DNA of 64,000 nucleotides from Methanobacteriota archaeon (GCA_018650165.1 JABIGM010000035.1:7542-71541); one strand, 5' to 3'. Numbered from the stretch's first letter, positions 28,324 to 39,048 are shown. Notes: generated from the letters alone by a model not told the origin. Made by a program: numbers and translations.

Positions 28324-28812
28324 TCACACGAAGTCAACCTTTCCATAACTCAGGATAAATTCTCTACCAAGTTCATCAAAGGTATCCAATAGACTTGCAG
28401 AAAAGCTTACTTTGGATATTTCATTATCCGCCTCTAAATCATCTTTGACACCTTGCAATGTTCCAGGGGCTGCTCCACAAGATAAGCACGCCCCAGTTAG
28501 ATCTAGTACCAAGTCTAATCCTTCATCGAGCACATCACAACTAGTGACTGCAATCCCCCCTCCGTGTCCATCGAGAGCGGCACGGACAGGACCTAATCGA
28601 GCTAATAATGCGGGAACCAATTCTTCCATGCCAAGAAGTGATGTTTCCCTCAAAATTTCATCCTCGATTGGATTCGAAGTTTCGGCAATTCTCCTGTTGG
28701 CTTCAACTGCCATTGCTGCTGCGGCCTCTTGGCGGTATTGCGCAAGAAGGTCATCATCCATATAGTGGCGTTTGGCTTGGTCTTCATGAACCCTCGCTTT
28801 ACGAGTTTTCAC
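28324..28812 (-). CDS. NifU C-terminal (Nfu-like) domain Fe-S scaffold protein
   Basis: GHGGGIAVTSCDV...DLTGACLSCGAAPGTL carries the CxxC Nfu motif. An alternative ATG at 28761 is possible. Confidence 0.7.
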   Translation of the reverse strand: MKTRKARVHEDQAKRHYMDDDLLAQYRQEAAAAMAVEANRRIAETSNPIEDEILRETSLLGMEELVPALLARLGPVRAALDGHGGGIAVTSCDVLDEGLDLVLDLTGACLSCGAAPGTLQGVKDDLEADNEISKVSFSASLLDTFDELGREFILSYGKVDFV

Positions 28813-28853
28813 CCCGTACAGTCCTTGATAAAGGGGTGGCTGTAGGATGAAAC

Positions 28854-29594
28854 ATGGGAGACGAAGTATTGAGTATCGACGGTCTCCACGTGAGTGTTGA
28901 TGGTACTGAGATAATCAAAGGATTGTCACTGACTATCAATATCGGCGAGATACATGCTATCATGGGACGAAATGGAGCCGGTAAATCCACTTTAGCAAAT
29001 GTTGTAATGGGCCACCCTGCCTATGAAATCACAGCAGGAACCATTGCTTTCAAAGGGGTAGACCTTGATGAGATGGAAGTATTCGAAAGGGCAAGGGCTG
29101 GCATGTTTCTGTCATTCCAATATCCCGCTTCAATTCCTGGTGTACAGGTCGGAACTTTCCTTCGTAAATCAGTTTCTTCTGTGAGAGGCAACTCCGCTCC
29201 AAGTGCAAGAGATTTCAGGAAGGAATTAATGGGTCATATGGACTCATTGAATATGGATAAATCATTTCTTTCACGTTATGTCAATGATGGATTTAGTGGC
29301 GGTGAAAAGAAACGCCTTGAAATTCTTCAAATGCTACTATTAAATCCCAGCCTCGCTTTACTTGATGAAACCGATTCCGGATTAGATATCGATGCTTTGC
29401 GAGTTGTAGCCGATGGAATCAACAGTATCGCACCAGAAGCCGGTTGCCTATTGATCACCCACTACCAGAGATTACTCGAACATGTCAAACCAGATTTTGT
29501 TCATGTAATGATTGATGGTAGAATCGTGCGAACAGGTAGCGCCGAACTCGCAGGTGAATTAGAAGCCAAAGGATACGATTGGTTAGAAGCATAA
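28854..29594 (+). CDS. sufC: Fe-S cluster assembly ATPase SufC
   Basis: [30 protein letters not shown] and ITHYQRLL motifs. Confidence 0.95.
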   Translation: MGDEVLSIDGLHVSVDGTEIIKGLSLTINIGEIHAIMGRNGAGKSTLANVVMGHPAYEITAGTIAFKGVDLDEMEVFERARAGMFLSFQYPASIPGVQVGTFLRKSVSSVRGNSAPSARDFRKELMGHMDSLNMDKSFLSRYVNDGFSGGEKKRLEILQMLLLNPSLALLDETDSGLDIDALRVVADGINSIAPEAGCLLITHYQRLLEHVKPDFVHVMIDGRIVRTGSAELAGELEAKGYDWLEA

Positions 29595-29606
29595 GGTGGT
29601 GAGAGA

Positions 29607-31016
29607 TTGTCTGGAGATACTGCAAGAGATGCTGTTGGAGATTACCAATATGGTTTCCACGATCCCGAAAACGCAACAATTCGCTTCGACAAAGGTTTAT
29701 CCGAGCAAGTAGTTAGAGATATTTCTGAATTGAAAAACGAACCAGAATGGATGACTGAGATTCGAATCAAGGCATATCGTCGATTCATCGAAATGCCAAT
29801 GCCTACATGGGGTAATTGTGATATGTTAAATCAAATTGATTTTGATGCAGTAACTTATTTCCTACGTTCTTCAAAGGGAACTGAAAATGATTGGGACGAC
29901 GTACCAGACGACATCAAGAATACATTCGAACGACTAGGAATTCCCGAAGCCGAGCAAAAATGGCTTGGTGGAGTAACCGCTCAATATGAATCAGAGGCGG
30001 TTTACCATTCGATCAGAGAAGATTTAGAAGAGCAAGGAGTGTTGTTCTTAGACATGGATTCTGGTTTGAGAGAATACCCTGAAATCGTAAAGAAATACTT
30101 CGCAACAGTTGTGCCTGCTAGCGATAACAAATTTTCTGCTCTCAACACTGCAGTTTGGTCCGGAGGTTCATTCATTTATGTGCCAAAAGGTGTCCACGTA
30201 GCAATGCCAGTCCAGGCATATTTCCGTATCAATGCAAAAAACATGGGTCAATTTGAGCGAACTTTAATCATCGCTGATGAAGGCTCATCAATCAATTATG
30301 TCGAAGGATGTACTGCTCCTACATATTCAACCGAGTCACTACACTCCGCAGTTGTGGAATTAATTGCCATGGACGGAGCAAAAATACGATATTCAACAGT
30401 TCAAAATTGGTCTGCAAATGTTTACAACCTTGTTACAAAAAGAGGAGTTGCCTACGCTGATGCCACAATTGAATGGGTTGATGGGAACATTGGTTCAAAA
30501 TTAACCATGAAGTATCCTTCAGTTCTTCTCAAGGGTGAAGGTTCTCACGCAGAAGTAATATCAGTTGCGTATGCTGGAAAAGGTCAGCACCAAGATGCTG
30601 GTGCTAAAGTGCACCATCTCGCACCTAACACCACTTCGAATATTCTTTCAAAATCAATCTCAAAAAATGGTGGGCGCTCATCATATCGTGGCATGCTCCA
30701 GGTCACTCCAAAAGCACACGGTTGTCGTTCAAAAGTAGTCTGCGATGCACTCATGTTGGACTCTGAGAGTCAATCGGACACCTATCCTACAATGGAAGTT
30801 GGAAATTCTAGTGCAGACTTGGAGCACGAGGCTAGCGTTTCTAAAGTCAGTAATGACCAGCTATTCTATCTGATGTCACGTGGGCACAGTGAGGCAGAAG
30901 CGATGGGAATGATTGTAAATGGATTCTTTGAACCATTTACTCGTGAATTACCGATGGAATATGCAGTGGAACTCAATCGTCTTCTTGAATTGGAGATGGA
31001 GGGTGCAATTGGATGA
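29607..31016 (+). CDS. sufB: Fe-S cluster assembly protein SufB
   Basis: 469 aa. TTG start preceded by AAGGTGGTGAG. Conserved C-terminal block [30 protein letters not shown]. Confidence 0.95.
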   Translation: MSGDTARDAVGDYQYGFHDPENATIRFDKGLSEQVVRDISELKNEPEWMTEIRIKAYRRFIEMPMPTWGNCDMLNQIDFDAVTYFLRSSKGTENDWDDVPDDIKNTFERLGIPEAEQKWLGGVTAQYESEAVYHSIREDLEEQGVLFLDMDSGLREYPEIVKKYFATVVPASDNKFSALNTAVWSGGSFIYVPKGVHVAMPVQAYFRINAKNMGQFERTLIIADEGSSINYVEGCTAPTYSTESLHSAVVELIAMDGAKIRYSTVQNWSANVYNLVTKRGVAYADATIEWVDGNIGSKLTMKYPSVLLKGEGSHAEVISVAYAGKGQHQDAGAKVHHLAPNTTSNILSKSISKNGGRSSYRGMLQVTPKAHGCRSKVVCDALMLDSESQSDTYPTMEVGNSSADLEHEASVSKVSNDQLFYLMSRGHSEAEAMGMIVNGFFEPFTRELPMEYAVELNRLLELEMEGAIG

Positions 31017-32023
31017 TGCAATATCCCAAAATCGCAATACCCCCACGTTCCGAACACCTTTGGCGCTATACTCCTTGGAAGAGGATTCATCCAACAAAGG
31101 TCGAAGAAATGCCGAGTGCAGATCCCATTCTGTTTTCTAGCGGTGCTGACTCAGCGATGAGTGATAGTGATGAAATCTCTCGTTCATTCATTCATTCAAT
31201 CTCACGTATATGCAAGTTAGTCATGCTTGACAATGAGTTGCAAGAATTAGATTTACGTTGCTCAGGACATATTTGTGCAGGTGAACTTATTGTGAAATCT
31301 ACCGGAGATTCGACTCTTATTGTGAGAGTTTCAGGTGATGCGGGTTGGACTGGCCTCCGAATCTCAGGTGATGTTAAAGGAACACTTTCTGTTGCTATTG
31401 TAAATGATTTGTCATGGAGTGGTCATCTTCTAAGGTGCGAAGATTGGAACGTCGGTAGAGACTCGACACTGGAGTTCGCCACACTCTCGGCGGGAGGATT
31501 CCTCAACAAGTCAGACATTCGTGTTTCTCTAATTCTGCCCGGTGCTGAAGTACGTGGTGGCATTGCTTCAAATGGTCACAGTAGCAGACATGATGACCAT
31601 CATGTCGAGATTACACATAACTCAGGGCATACTAATTCATCTCTTGTAATGCATGCTGCCTGTGATGGTTCATCGCATTCAGTGGGAACCGGTTTACTCA
31701 CTATTTGCGAAGGAGCGGGTGGAAGTGATGCGGGCCAAGTTTTCCGTAATCTTCTTCTTTCTGAAAAAGCAAGAGCAGAAGCAATTCCTGAATTGGAAGT
31801 TTTAGCTGACGATGTCAAAGCAGCTCATGGTGCTGCTAGCGCACCTGTGGATGTAAATCAAATTCATTATTTGTCATCTAGGGGTCTTTCACGAGAAGAA
31901 GCTTCGGCATTGATTGTTGAAGGATTTTTAATGGATGCATTCCGACATGTGAAAAATCAAGAAGTTATCGCGACACTCAGGACCCGACTATTGGTCCACC
32001 TTGAATGCCTAATCAGAGGGTGA
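31013..32023 (+). CDS. sufD: Fe-S cluster assembly protein SufD
   Basis: 4-nt overlap with sufB. Beta-helix repeat region and C-terminal [28 protein letters not shown] block. Confidence 0.85.
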   Translation: MMQYPKIAIPPRSEHLWRYTPWKRIHPTKVEEMPSADPILFSSGADSAMSDSDEISRSFIHSISRICKLVMLDNELQELDLRCSGHICAGELIVKSTGDSTLIVRVSGDAGWTGLRISGDVKGTLSVAIVNDLSWSGHLLRCEDWNVGRDSTLEFATLSAGGFLNKSDIRVSLILPGAEVRGGIASNGHSSRHDDHHVEITHNSGHTNSSLVMHAACDGSSHSVGTGLLTICEGAGGSDAGQVFRNLLLSEKARAEAIPELEVLADDVKAAHGAASAPVDVNQIHYLSSRGLSREEASALIVEGFLMDAFRHVKNQEVIATLRTRLLVHLECLIRG

Positions 32024-32027
32024 TAGA

Positions 32028-33212
32028 ATGAAGCAGGATTTCCCCATTTTTTTACGTAAGGTAAATGGCAATTCTCTCGTGTATCTGGATAATGCTGCAA
32101 CTACACAGAAACCAGCATGCGTCATTGATGCAATGTCGCATTTCTATACTTCTTCAAATGCAAATGTACACAGGGCCGTTCACACTTTGGCAGGGGAGGC
32201 GACCGAAGGCTACGAAGCATGCAGGTCCTTGCTCAAGCAGCGGTACAATTCAACTAGAGCAATAATCACCAGCGGCACGACTGAAGCAATCAATTTAGTA
32301 GCCCGCTCTTGGGGCGAATCTAATTTGAATTCAGGTGATGTGGTAGTTCTAACAGAGATGGAACATCACAGTGATATCGTTCCTTGGCAAATGCTCGCTG
32401 AAAGAAAAGCGATTGAATTGAGGTACATACCAGTCATTGATGGTGAGTTAGATCTAGATGCTTTCGATGTAGCCCTAGAAGGGGCTAAACTCGTTTGCGT
32501 AGTCCATACCTCTAATGTATTAGGAATTAGAAATCCAGTTGAAAAAATAATTGCAGCTGCAAAAAGTGTAGGGGCTAGAATTCTTCTTGATGCCGCCCAA
32601 GCAGTACCGCATGAAATGATTGATTTCCAGCAATTAGGTGCGGACTTCATGGCATTTAGTGCCCACAAAATGTGTGGCCCAACCGGTATAGGCGCGCTTT
32701 TGGTTAACGATACTGCATTTGATGAAATGGAACCATTCATGGGAGGGGGGGACATGATCCAAACAGTAACCCTTGAGGGTTCAACCTACCAAACGAATGA
32801 GCATAAATTCGAAGCAGGTACGCCAAGAATCGCAGAAGGTGTTGGCTGGGCTGCAGCACTTGATTGGATCTCAAAAGTGGATTTACAACAGCACCACAAG
32901 CGGTTACTTTCCATTGCAACTAGTATCAAGAGTTCCCTTCAAGAAAGAGGGATGACAGTGTATTCCCCCCTTGGTCCAGATGATGCAGCAGTAGTATCTT
33001 TCACTCATCCAACAATCCACCCAGAAGATTTTGCTCGCCTCTTAGATGCTCAAGGTATTGCAGTTAGAACTGGACATCATTGTGCGCAGCCACTGATGGA
33101 TAAACTTGGAGTTAGTGGCACAATAAGAGCCTCATTATACCTTTACAACGATGATTCAGATGCCGAAGTCTTCCTATCTGGAATTGATAGAGTACTGGAG
33201 GTGATGGCATGA
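32028..33212 (+). CDS. sufS: Cysteine desulfurase SufS (group II)
   Basis: YLDNAATTQKP, SAHKMCGPTGIG (PLP Lys), and RTGHHCAQPLM with the catalytic Cys. Confidence 0.95.
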   Translation: MKQDFPIFLRKVNGNSLVYLDNAATTQKPACVIDAMSHFYTSSNANVHRAVHTLAGEATEGYEACRSLLKQRYNSTRAIITSGTTEAINLVARSWGESNLNSGDVVVLTEMEHHSDIVPWQMLAERKAIELRYIPVIDGELDLDAFDVALEGAKLVCVVHTSNVLGIRNPVEKIIAAAKSVGARILLDAAQAVPHEMIDFQQLGADFMAFSAHKMCGPTGIGALLVNDTAFDEMEPFMGGGDMIQTVTLEGSTYQTNEHKFEAGTPRIAEGVGWAAALDWISKVDLQQHHKRLLSIATSIKSSLQERGMTVYSPLGPDDAAVVSFTHPTIHPEDFARLLDAQGIAVRTGHHCAQPLMDKLGVSGTIRASLYLYNDDSDAEVFLSGIDRVLEVMA

Positions 33213-33622
33213 CATGGCCTGCAGCAATCCAAGAGATTATCGATGAGTTCCAAGAAATCGAAGAACAATTCGAGCGTCTTGAGATTTTGATGGATTTTTC
33301 TGATGAGGTTGAGGAATTGCCAATTGAACAATGGACTGAGGCTAATTTGGTAAAGGGCTGCCAATCAATTGCCCACATAGAAGTGGAACTTGTCGATGAT
33401 GCAGTATGGATGAAAGCTGCTGCTGATGCAAAAATAGTTCAGGGCCTACAAGGTATTCTTTCTATTGCAGTAAATGGTTCATCTCCTGAAGATGTACTTT
33501 CACTCACTCCCGAATTTGCAGAAGAGGCAGGAATCCTCAACAGTCTCACACCTTCGCGTTCTAACGGATTTAGAACCATGTTTGATATGGTTCAGAAAAG
33601 AGTAAAGGAGGGTATCCAATGA
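33209..33622 (+). CDS. sufE: Sulfur acceptor SufE
   Basis: 137 aa with a 4-nt overlap with sufS. LVKGCQSIAHI carries the conserved persulfide Cys context. Confidence 0.8.
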   Translation: MTWPAAIQEIIDEFQEIEEQFERLEILMDFSDEVEELPIEQWTEANLVKGCQSIAHIEVELVDDAVWMKAAADAKIVQGLQGILSIAVNGSSPEDVLSLTPEFAEEAGILNSLTPSRSNGFRTMFDMVQKRVKEGIQ

Positions 33623-33930
33623 GTGATAAGGAACAAGTAATGAATGCGTTAGATGATGTTGAAGACCCAGAATTGAAATTGTCAATTGTGGAATTAGGTC
33701 TTGTTTATGATGTTAGATTTGAAGACAAGGATGGAGTCCAGCACGCAGAAGTCGATATGACACTCACAAGCCCAGGTTGTCCTGCTGCGGCTGAAATCAT
33801 GGCTGCAGCGCATCGAGCAGCGTTAAATGCTGTTGAAAGCGTACACATTAATTTGGTATGGGCACCACGTTGGGATCCTAAAATACATGCAACTGAAGAT
33901 GCCAGAATGGATATGGGAATCTGGGACTAA
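33619..33930 (+). CDS. sufT: DUF59/MIP18-family Fe-S assembly protein (SufT-like)
   Basis: DPELKLSIVELGLVYDV...TLTSPGCPAA motif. 4-nt overlap with sufE. Confidence 0.8.
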   Translation: MSDKEQVMNALDDVEDPELKLSIVELGLVYDVRFEDKDGVQHAEVDMTLTSPGCPAAAEIMAAAHRAALNAVESVHINLVWAPRWDPKIHATEDARMDMGIWD

Positions 33931-36717
33931 TCATAGATATACTTCTTTACGGTGAATACTATTCTTTGGACCGAGTCTTCGACTCTTAATATTTTCAACT
34001 AATTTCTTTCCATCTTCATTGCGACCATATGATAATACGCTTTTTCCGATATAATAATCCCAATTCTTTTGGAAAACTTCAGCCCTTTGCTTTGTATTTG
34101 CAACAATCGATGGAACAGTGTGGAACATCTGAATACTTTCTTCTGCCTTTCGTAAAAATTTGCCAACAACTTCGGGAAGTAGTTTCGACAACCAAGTGTC
34201 ACGCATGTGCATTGCGGGCCTAGTGATGATGTAACGAGGGTTATCTATCGGCCCGAGAACTTCCTCAAGGGCTTTGGTAAATTTTGCAGTTTCCTCTTCA
34301 GAGGCATGTTCTAGATGGAATCTCAACCACCCTCCACCACGACTTCCACCTGTGGCTTTGCAGGACCGTTCGATTTCATTCAAATCACTTAGTGTATCGA
34401 CTATAACTTTGGATAATTCTAGCATTAGGGATTCATCAGTCCATGGTTTTCGATTAACTCCAAATTTGAAACCACCACCAAAACCCTCACCCATCTTTGC
34501 TTCAACCGCAGAACTAGAAACAGCATTGAATGGCTGTCCAATGCCCCATAGGGTTCTGTTATGAGGGCGCTTTATCGCACGGCTCAACATTTCTTCATTG
34601 AACATCGCCATGCCTTCGTTAACACCTTCAGGTTTAGCATCGTTGAATGCTGCATGGACATGTCCAACTCCCTTTTCGATAGTTCCATCATCACATACTC
34701 CATACAATTGCTTGTGCTTACGTTTGAAGCGGTCATAATCATCGAAGCCTTTGGTAAATTCTTCTGCTAGACAAATGATATCCCAATTATTTGCAACTTT
34801 TTCTTTCCATGTTGAATCCAATCTTATCGAACGTCCACGTAATTGATTGATACTCATACTAGTTGTAACGGTTGTTAGGTCAACTAGCACATTGATTCGA
34901 GAGGCATCCCATCCTTCTCCAAGCAATCCGCGCGTTCCAATAAGGCATTTAGTAAGACCTTCTTGGAAGAATTCTGTGATCATTAGTGAATAATATCGAG
35001 GTACCCAATCCTTTCCCCTACCATGAATTTCGTGATATCCTTGATGTATTTCGTCTTCAAAGCGAATGTCAATATCATTTTCGTGAACCCATTCCCGTGC
35101 TCGAGAAATGAATCTCTCAAACAAATCATCATCGACAAGGACAGTACTTCCTGTCATCAAAATTGGGTCTAATAAATCACCCTCAATGTTGGATACCATT
35201 GAACGGAATACCGCAATAGCTCCACCCGCTTCATCATCGAGGATACCTTCAACCAGTGAAGTGGCTGAAGTTTTCTCAAAGTCAGTAACAATAACAACTC
35301 TAATTGAATCTCCCAATGCTTTCGATTCAGCATTTACGATTTGGTTTAATGCCGCAATCTTTGAAGCCGAATAGGCCATTACTCGGCCAACAGGGGAGGC
35401 GCATGGCCTTGAACCAGTTTCAGTAATTTGAATTCCAAGTAGTCTTAATCGAGAAACGATGGAGTCACTTAACTTGTGGTCGATTGGATTTTCAGAGCGT
35501 CTTAAGCCATGTCGGACATAGCGGTCTAGAACTGTACGCAGCATGCTAATACGCGTCCATGATTCATCACTCGGGTCCATGGCCATTGGCGGAACTTCGG
35601 GTGGAAGTGGTAGGTCATGGGATTGTAAATAGCGTCGTGCATCATCGCCAAAGGATGCAAATTTTCGATAAAACTCCCTCCACTCCATTGCGTCTCCACC
35701 TGGATTCTTTCTTTCATCTAGCGACTGGAATACCCAGGTGTCTAGATCTGATACACGGTTCAATTCTGCTGCTTCATCCTTTTCCCGCAGTTCTTTCAGC
35801 AATTCTTCAAATTCAGAATCTACACCAGCAATGTACTGCAGTTCCTTCGAACTAGGACGCACAAAATAACACAAATCTTGGTATGGTGCAAGATTGGATT
35901 CACGCACCAAGGCGGGTACCGGAACTTCGTAATCGACAGGCCCAAAGAACTCTTCATACCTCTTAGCATCATCTTCATCAAAGTCCTCCGGTACAGGAGG
36001 TGTGGCAGTTAACCCCAAAACTATAGGGTCGCCAAATAGTTCCTTCACCTCGCTGAGAATTCTTCCCCAATGGTGCATAAGGTGATGGCATTCATCCAAA
36101 ATGATTAGTCCTATTCCAACGTCCTTGAGACGGTCTAGATTTTTCTTCGCACTATCGCTTAGTATCGACAATGCGTTTCCTTCTTTAGCAACCAAATCTC
36201 TGACTTTTTTTCTGTAGGTTCCTAATCTTTCATTGTAGTAGTCGGGGTTACGCTCTTTGAGATCACGTTGCCAGGATTCTGTAGATTCATAATCATGGGC
36301 CTCACCTTCACTAATCAATTTCTCAGACCAAGCCATTAAGGCCTGTTTTTCGATATCTTCTCCACCTTTTCCTGGCGCTGTTATCGACTGATATGTCAGA
36401 GAAGTAAGTAGACCGGGTTTCTTCGGGTTAGTACTGATGAAGTCATCCTTTCCATCTAGGTCGAATAGAGAGGTTCTTGCAGCCCATTGTGCCTGAATTG
36501 CAGAGTTTGGAGACAATACTAATGCGGGCTTTTTGACTAAATCAGCCCACACATAAAGCCCCAGAATTGTCTTTCCTGAACCGGGTGGAGCAACAACATG
36601 CAACCTTGTTGCACCAGCCTCTAACTGTGGAATAATTACATCACTTGCTGCTTTTTGCGAAGGACGCAAAGTACCATCAAAGTGAATGTTGCCAAAATCA
36701 GGAAGTGGTTCTGGCAT
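33931..36717 (-). CDS. Superfamily 2 DEAD/DEAH-box (ResIII-type) helicase with uncharacterised C-terminal domain of about 330 aa
   Basis: Motif I VVAPPGSGKT, motif II LILDECHH, motif III LGLTATP, motif VI QLRGRSIR. 928 aa. Confidence 0.8.
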   Translation of the reverse strand: MPEPLPDFGNIHFDGTLRPSQKAASDVIIPQLEAGATRLHVVAPPGSGKTILGLYVWADLVKKPALVLSPNSAIQAQWAARTSLFDLDGKDDFISTNPKKPGLLTSLTYQSITAPGKGGEDIEKQALMAWSEKLISEGEAHDYESTESWQRDLKERNPDYYNERLGTYRKKVRDLVAKEGNALSILSDSAKKNLDRLKDVGIGLIILDECHHLMHHWGRILSEVKELFGDPIVLGLTATPPVPEDFDEDDAKRYEEFFGPVDYEVPVPALVRESNLAPYQDLCYFVRPSSKELQYIAGVDSEFEELLKELREKDEAAELNRVSDLDTWVFQSLDERKNPGGDAMEWREFYRKFASFGDDARRYLQSHDLPLPPEVPPMAMDPSDESWTRISMLRTVLDRYVRHGLRRSENPIDHKLSDSIVSRLRLLGIQITETGSRPCASPVGRVMAYSASKIAALNQIVNAESKALGDSIRVVIVTDFEKTSATSLVEGILDDEAGGAIAVFRSMVSNIEGDLLDPILMTGSTVLVDDDLFERFISRAREWVHENDIDIRFEDEIHQGYHEIHGRGKDWVPRYYSLMITEFFQEGLTKCLIGTRGLLGEGWDASRINVLVDLTTVTTSMSINQLRGRSIRLDSTWKEKVANNWDIICLAEEFTKGFDDYDRFKRKHKQLYGVCDDGTIEKGVGHVHAAFNDAKPEGVNEGMAMFNEEMLSRAIKRPHNRTLWGIGQPFNAVSSSAVEAKMGEGFGGGFKFGVNRKPWTDESLMLELSKVIVDTLSDLNEIERSCKATGGSRGGGWLRFHLEHASEEETAKFTKALEEVLGPIDNPRYIITRPAMHMRDTWLSKLLPEVVGKFLRKAEESIQMFHTVPSIVANTKQRAEVFQKNWDYYIGKSVLSYGRNEDGKKLVENIKSRRLGPKNSIHRKEVYL

Positions 36718-36756
36718 ATTTACGCCTTCTCAAATCCTGTATAATATGGTACACCC

Positions 36757-37650
36757 TTAATCAGAGTCACTCTTGCCCATTCGATAGGCATCGATTACAG
36801 CTCTTGCAATTGCTTCAGGGTCATTGTTGATTTGTTTGTCAATTTTGACTCCACCCATTATTGAATCTCCGACCATTACAGAGTCGGTTAGAGATAGACT
36901 CTTTCCATCATTTTCCTCGTCTGATTCAGAACTTTCACTGATCATATCATCAAAGTGTGATTTAGATTCCTTGATTTGAGTTATTTCAGAATTCTTCTCT
37001 TGAACTTCAATTTCGAGCGTAACAACCTTCTCCTTGGTTTCATGCAATTCGGATTTCAAATCCTCTGCCGCTTGTACCGCTTGCTTTAGTTGTAAATCCA
37101 TTGCTTGAAGAACTGCCGCAAAAGTAGCAGGTTCGTTACTTTCAGTGACCGATTTGGGAGGTATTGGAGTAGCAGGAGGTGCTACAGAATTCCAACCATC
37201 TTCCTCTTCTGGCAATTCTCCAAGGAGCAATTTCCTTCTCGCATCTCTCATTCGTTGGATAAGCAAATTCTCATTGAATAAAGCTACGGCTGCAAAACAT
37301 AAAAAGGCGATCAAGATACCTAAATAGGCTACTGCTACATCTAACCTAGTGATTTCAAACATCTCGCTGATACTTTCAAGTCCGATATATGTATCTCTCG
37401 ATCCGCCATTGTTTATTACAGCAGAAATAATTCCAGTGAACATGATTAATGCATCAAATAATACATACGAAGAAATGATGACTAAAGATAAACTGTAAAT
37501 TATTTGTTTATATTGTTCCATTACACCTAGTTCGCGTTGAGACATAATTGAAAAATATTCTTTCCGTTTTCCTGAAATATACCATAATGCAACAATTGCA
37601 GCAAGAAGTATCAAGAAACCAGACCATATGAACATTTCATTATCTCGCAT
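36757..37650 (-). CDS. Hypothetical membrane protein with cytoplasmic coiled coil
   Basis: About 4 TM helices in the first 130 aa, then a heptad-like segment (LQLKQAVQAAEDLKSELHETKEKVVTLEIEVQEKNSEI). Lies 39 nt upstream of the helicase on the same strand. Confidence 0.5.
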   Translation of the reverse strand: MRDNEMFIWSGFLILLAAIVALWYISGKRKEYFSIMSQRELGVMEQYKQIIYSLSLVIISSYVLFDALIMFTGIISAVINNGGSRDTYIGLESISEMFEITRLDVAVAYLGILIAFLCFAAVALFNENLLIQRMRDARRKLLLGELPEEEDGWNSVAPPATPIPPKSVTESNEPATFAAVLQAMDLQLKQAVQAAEDLKSELHETKEKVVTLEIEVQEKNSEITQIKESKSHFDDMISESSESDEENDGKSLSLTDSVMVGDSIMGGVKIDKQINNDPEAIARAVIDAYRMGKSDSD

Positions 37651-37747
37651 AGCAACTTCATATCGTGATACGATTTAGTTATACTGATTATAATTCAAGC
37701 ATAGTTATGAGATAGAATGATAATCAGGAACCTATCTCCATCAGCCG

Positions 37748-37864
37748 ATGAAGCGTTGTGGTAAGTGTGGGCGAACTTCCACCGCTGAATGCAAACGATG
37801 TAGCAAGCCACTGTGTAACTACCATTCAAAGAGCGGTGTTTGTAATAAATGTTTGAAGCGTTAA
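37748..37864 (+). CDS. Small (38 aa) Cys-rich zinc-ribbon protein, not in the supplied ORF track
   Basis: Hand translation gives MKRCGKCGRTSTAECKRCSKPLCNYHSKSGVCNKCLKR: three CxxC pairs plus C23/H26. The ORF fills the gap before the convergent DRG gene. Confidence 0.45.
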   Translation: MKRCGKCGRTSTAECKRCSKPLCNYHSKSGVCNKCLKR

Positions 37865-37865
37865 C

Positions 37866-38981
37866 CTATCTCTTCACAATGATTGTTAGAACATCTCCAT
37901 CCTTGAGTAAGTGGTCGAGGCCTACGCGTTGCCAATCAAATTTAGCAGAGGGGCCTTTAACACGTGCAAATCTAAATTTTCTAACGAAATCTCGATGCAG
38001 ATTATTACACACATTACGTACGGTTGAATCATCTTTTACGATAAGCGGTTCTACCATATCTGCTTCCTGACCTTGAGGCTTTAGGTAGACACTCATGAAA
38101 CCTAAATTCTCATAGATGAAATCTTTCAATGCATCAAGGCCAATGTCCTTGAATGCTGAAATTCTCATAATAGGCCAATCTTGCGGCAATGCTTTTTCTG
38201 CAGAACTGATCTCTTCTTCTGAAGCAATATCAATTTTATTTACAGCAACAACAGATTTGGAGTATACACGACTTCCTGCTAAGGTGTCAACTAACATTTC
38301 TGGCGTTGTATCTTTTCGCAAAGTTACAATTGCTGACGTATAACCAAATGAACGAATAATTTCGCCCATCTCTTCTGGTGTAAGGTGAGTCTGTTCAACA
38401 GTAGTACGAACATCGATACCACCTTTATCGACCCGCTTTACAAATACAGGTGGTTTAACCTGGTTGAGCCTTATGCCAGCATTTTCCAATTCTCGGTGTA
38501 GAACTTTGAAGTGAGCATCTTGGAATGGGTCAACGATATACAACACCATATCGCATGAGCGAATAACTCCCAAGATTTCTTTTCCTCGCCCTTTGCCTTC
38601 CGCTGCACCCTTGATTAGTCCAGGAAGATCTAAAATCTGTATTTTTGCACCTCGATGCTCCATTAGCCCCGGGATACAAGTGAGGGTCGTAAATTCAAAA
38701 TTGCCTGCAATTGATTTTGCATCAGTGATTTGTGAAATTAATGTAGATTTACCAACAGAGGGAAATCCCACCAGAGCAACAGACGCATCACCTGATTTCT
38801 TAACTTCAAAACCCTTCGCAGGTCCAGCTGCTTTTGCCGACGCAGCAGCCTTTTCTTCTTTCTGCTTTAGTTGTGCGATTTTGGCCTTAAGTTTTCCAAT
38901 ATGTGCGTTTGTAGCCTTATTCTTTTGAGTCTTATTAATCTCATCATAGAGGGCCTGAATTTGCTCTTTTATGGTAGCCAA
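37866..38981 (-). CDS. Developmentally regulated GTP-binding protein (DRG/Rbg, Obg family) with TGS domain
   Basis: G1 GFPSVGKSTL, G3 DLPGLI, G4 NKID, and a C-terminal TGS-like DGDVLTIIV. Confidence 0.9.
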   Translation of the reverse strand: MATIKEQIQALYDEINKTQKNKATNAHIGKLKAKIAQLKQKEEKAAASAKAAGPAKGFEVKKSGDASVALVGFPSVGKSTLISQITDAKSIAGNFEFTTLTCIPGLMEHRGAKIQILDLPGLIKGAAEGKGRGKEILGVIRSCDMVLYIVDPFQDAHFKVLHRELENAGIRLNQVKPPVFVKRVDKGGIDVRTTVEQTHLTPEEMGEIIRSFGYTSAIVTLRKDTTPEMLVDTLAGSRVYSKSVVAVNKIDIASEEEISSAEKALPQDWPIMRISAFKDIGLDALKDFIYENLGFMSVYLKPQGQEADMVEPLIVKDDSTVRNVCNNLHRDFVRKFRFARVKGPSAKFDWQRVGLDHLLKDGDVLTIIVKR

Positions 38982-39048
38982 TCACACCCCTCCTATTCAC
39001 ATCGGGCCGATGGGCATTCTTGAATGCTATCACCCAATGGGGTTGAAC

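Noticed and set aside
28412-28765. 117-aa ORF antisense to the Nfu-like gene
   Set aside because: It is a shadow ORF. The minus-strand frame carries the NifU CxxC motif.
33931-37650. Calling the helicase/membrane-protein pair a known anti-phage defence system (Hachiman, Zorya, etc.)
   Set aside because: No cognate partner domains are recognisable: no HamA/DUF1837, no MotAB-like ZorAB, no nuclease and no methylase. The surrounding genes are housekeeping. Only a generic possibility remains, and it is listed as a finding.
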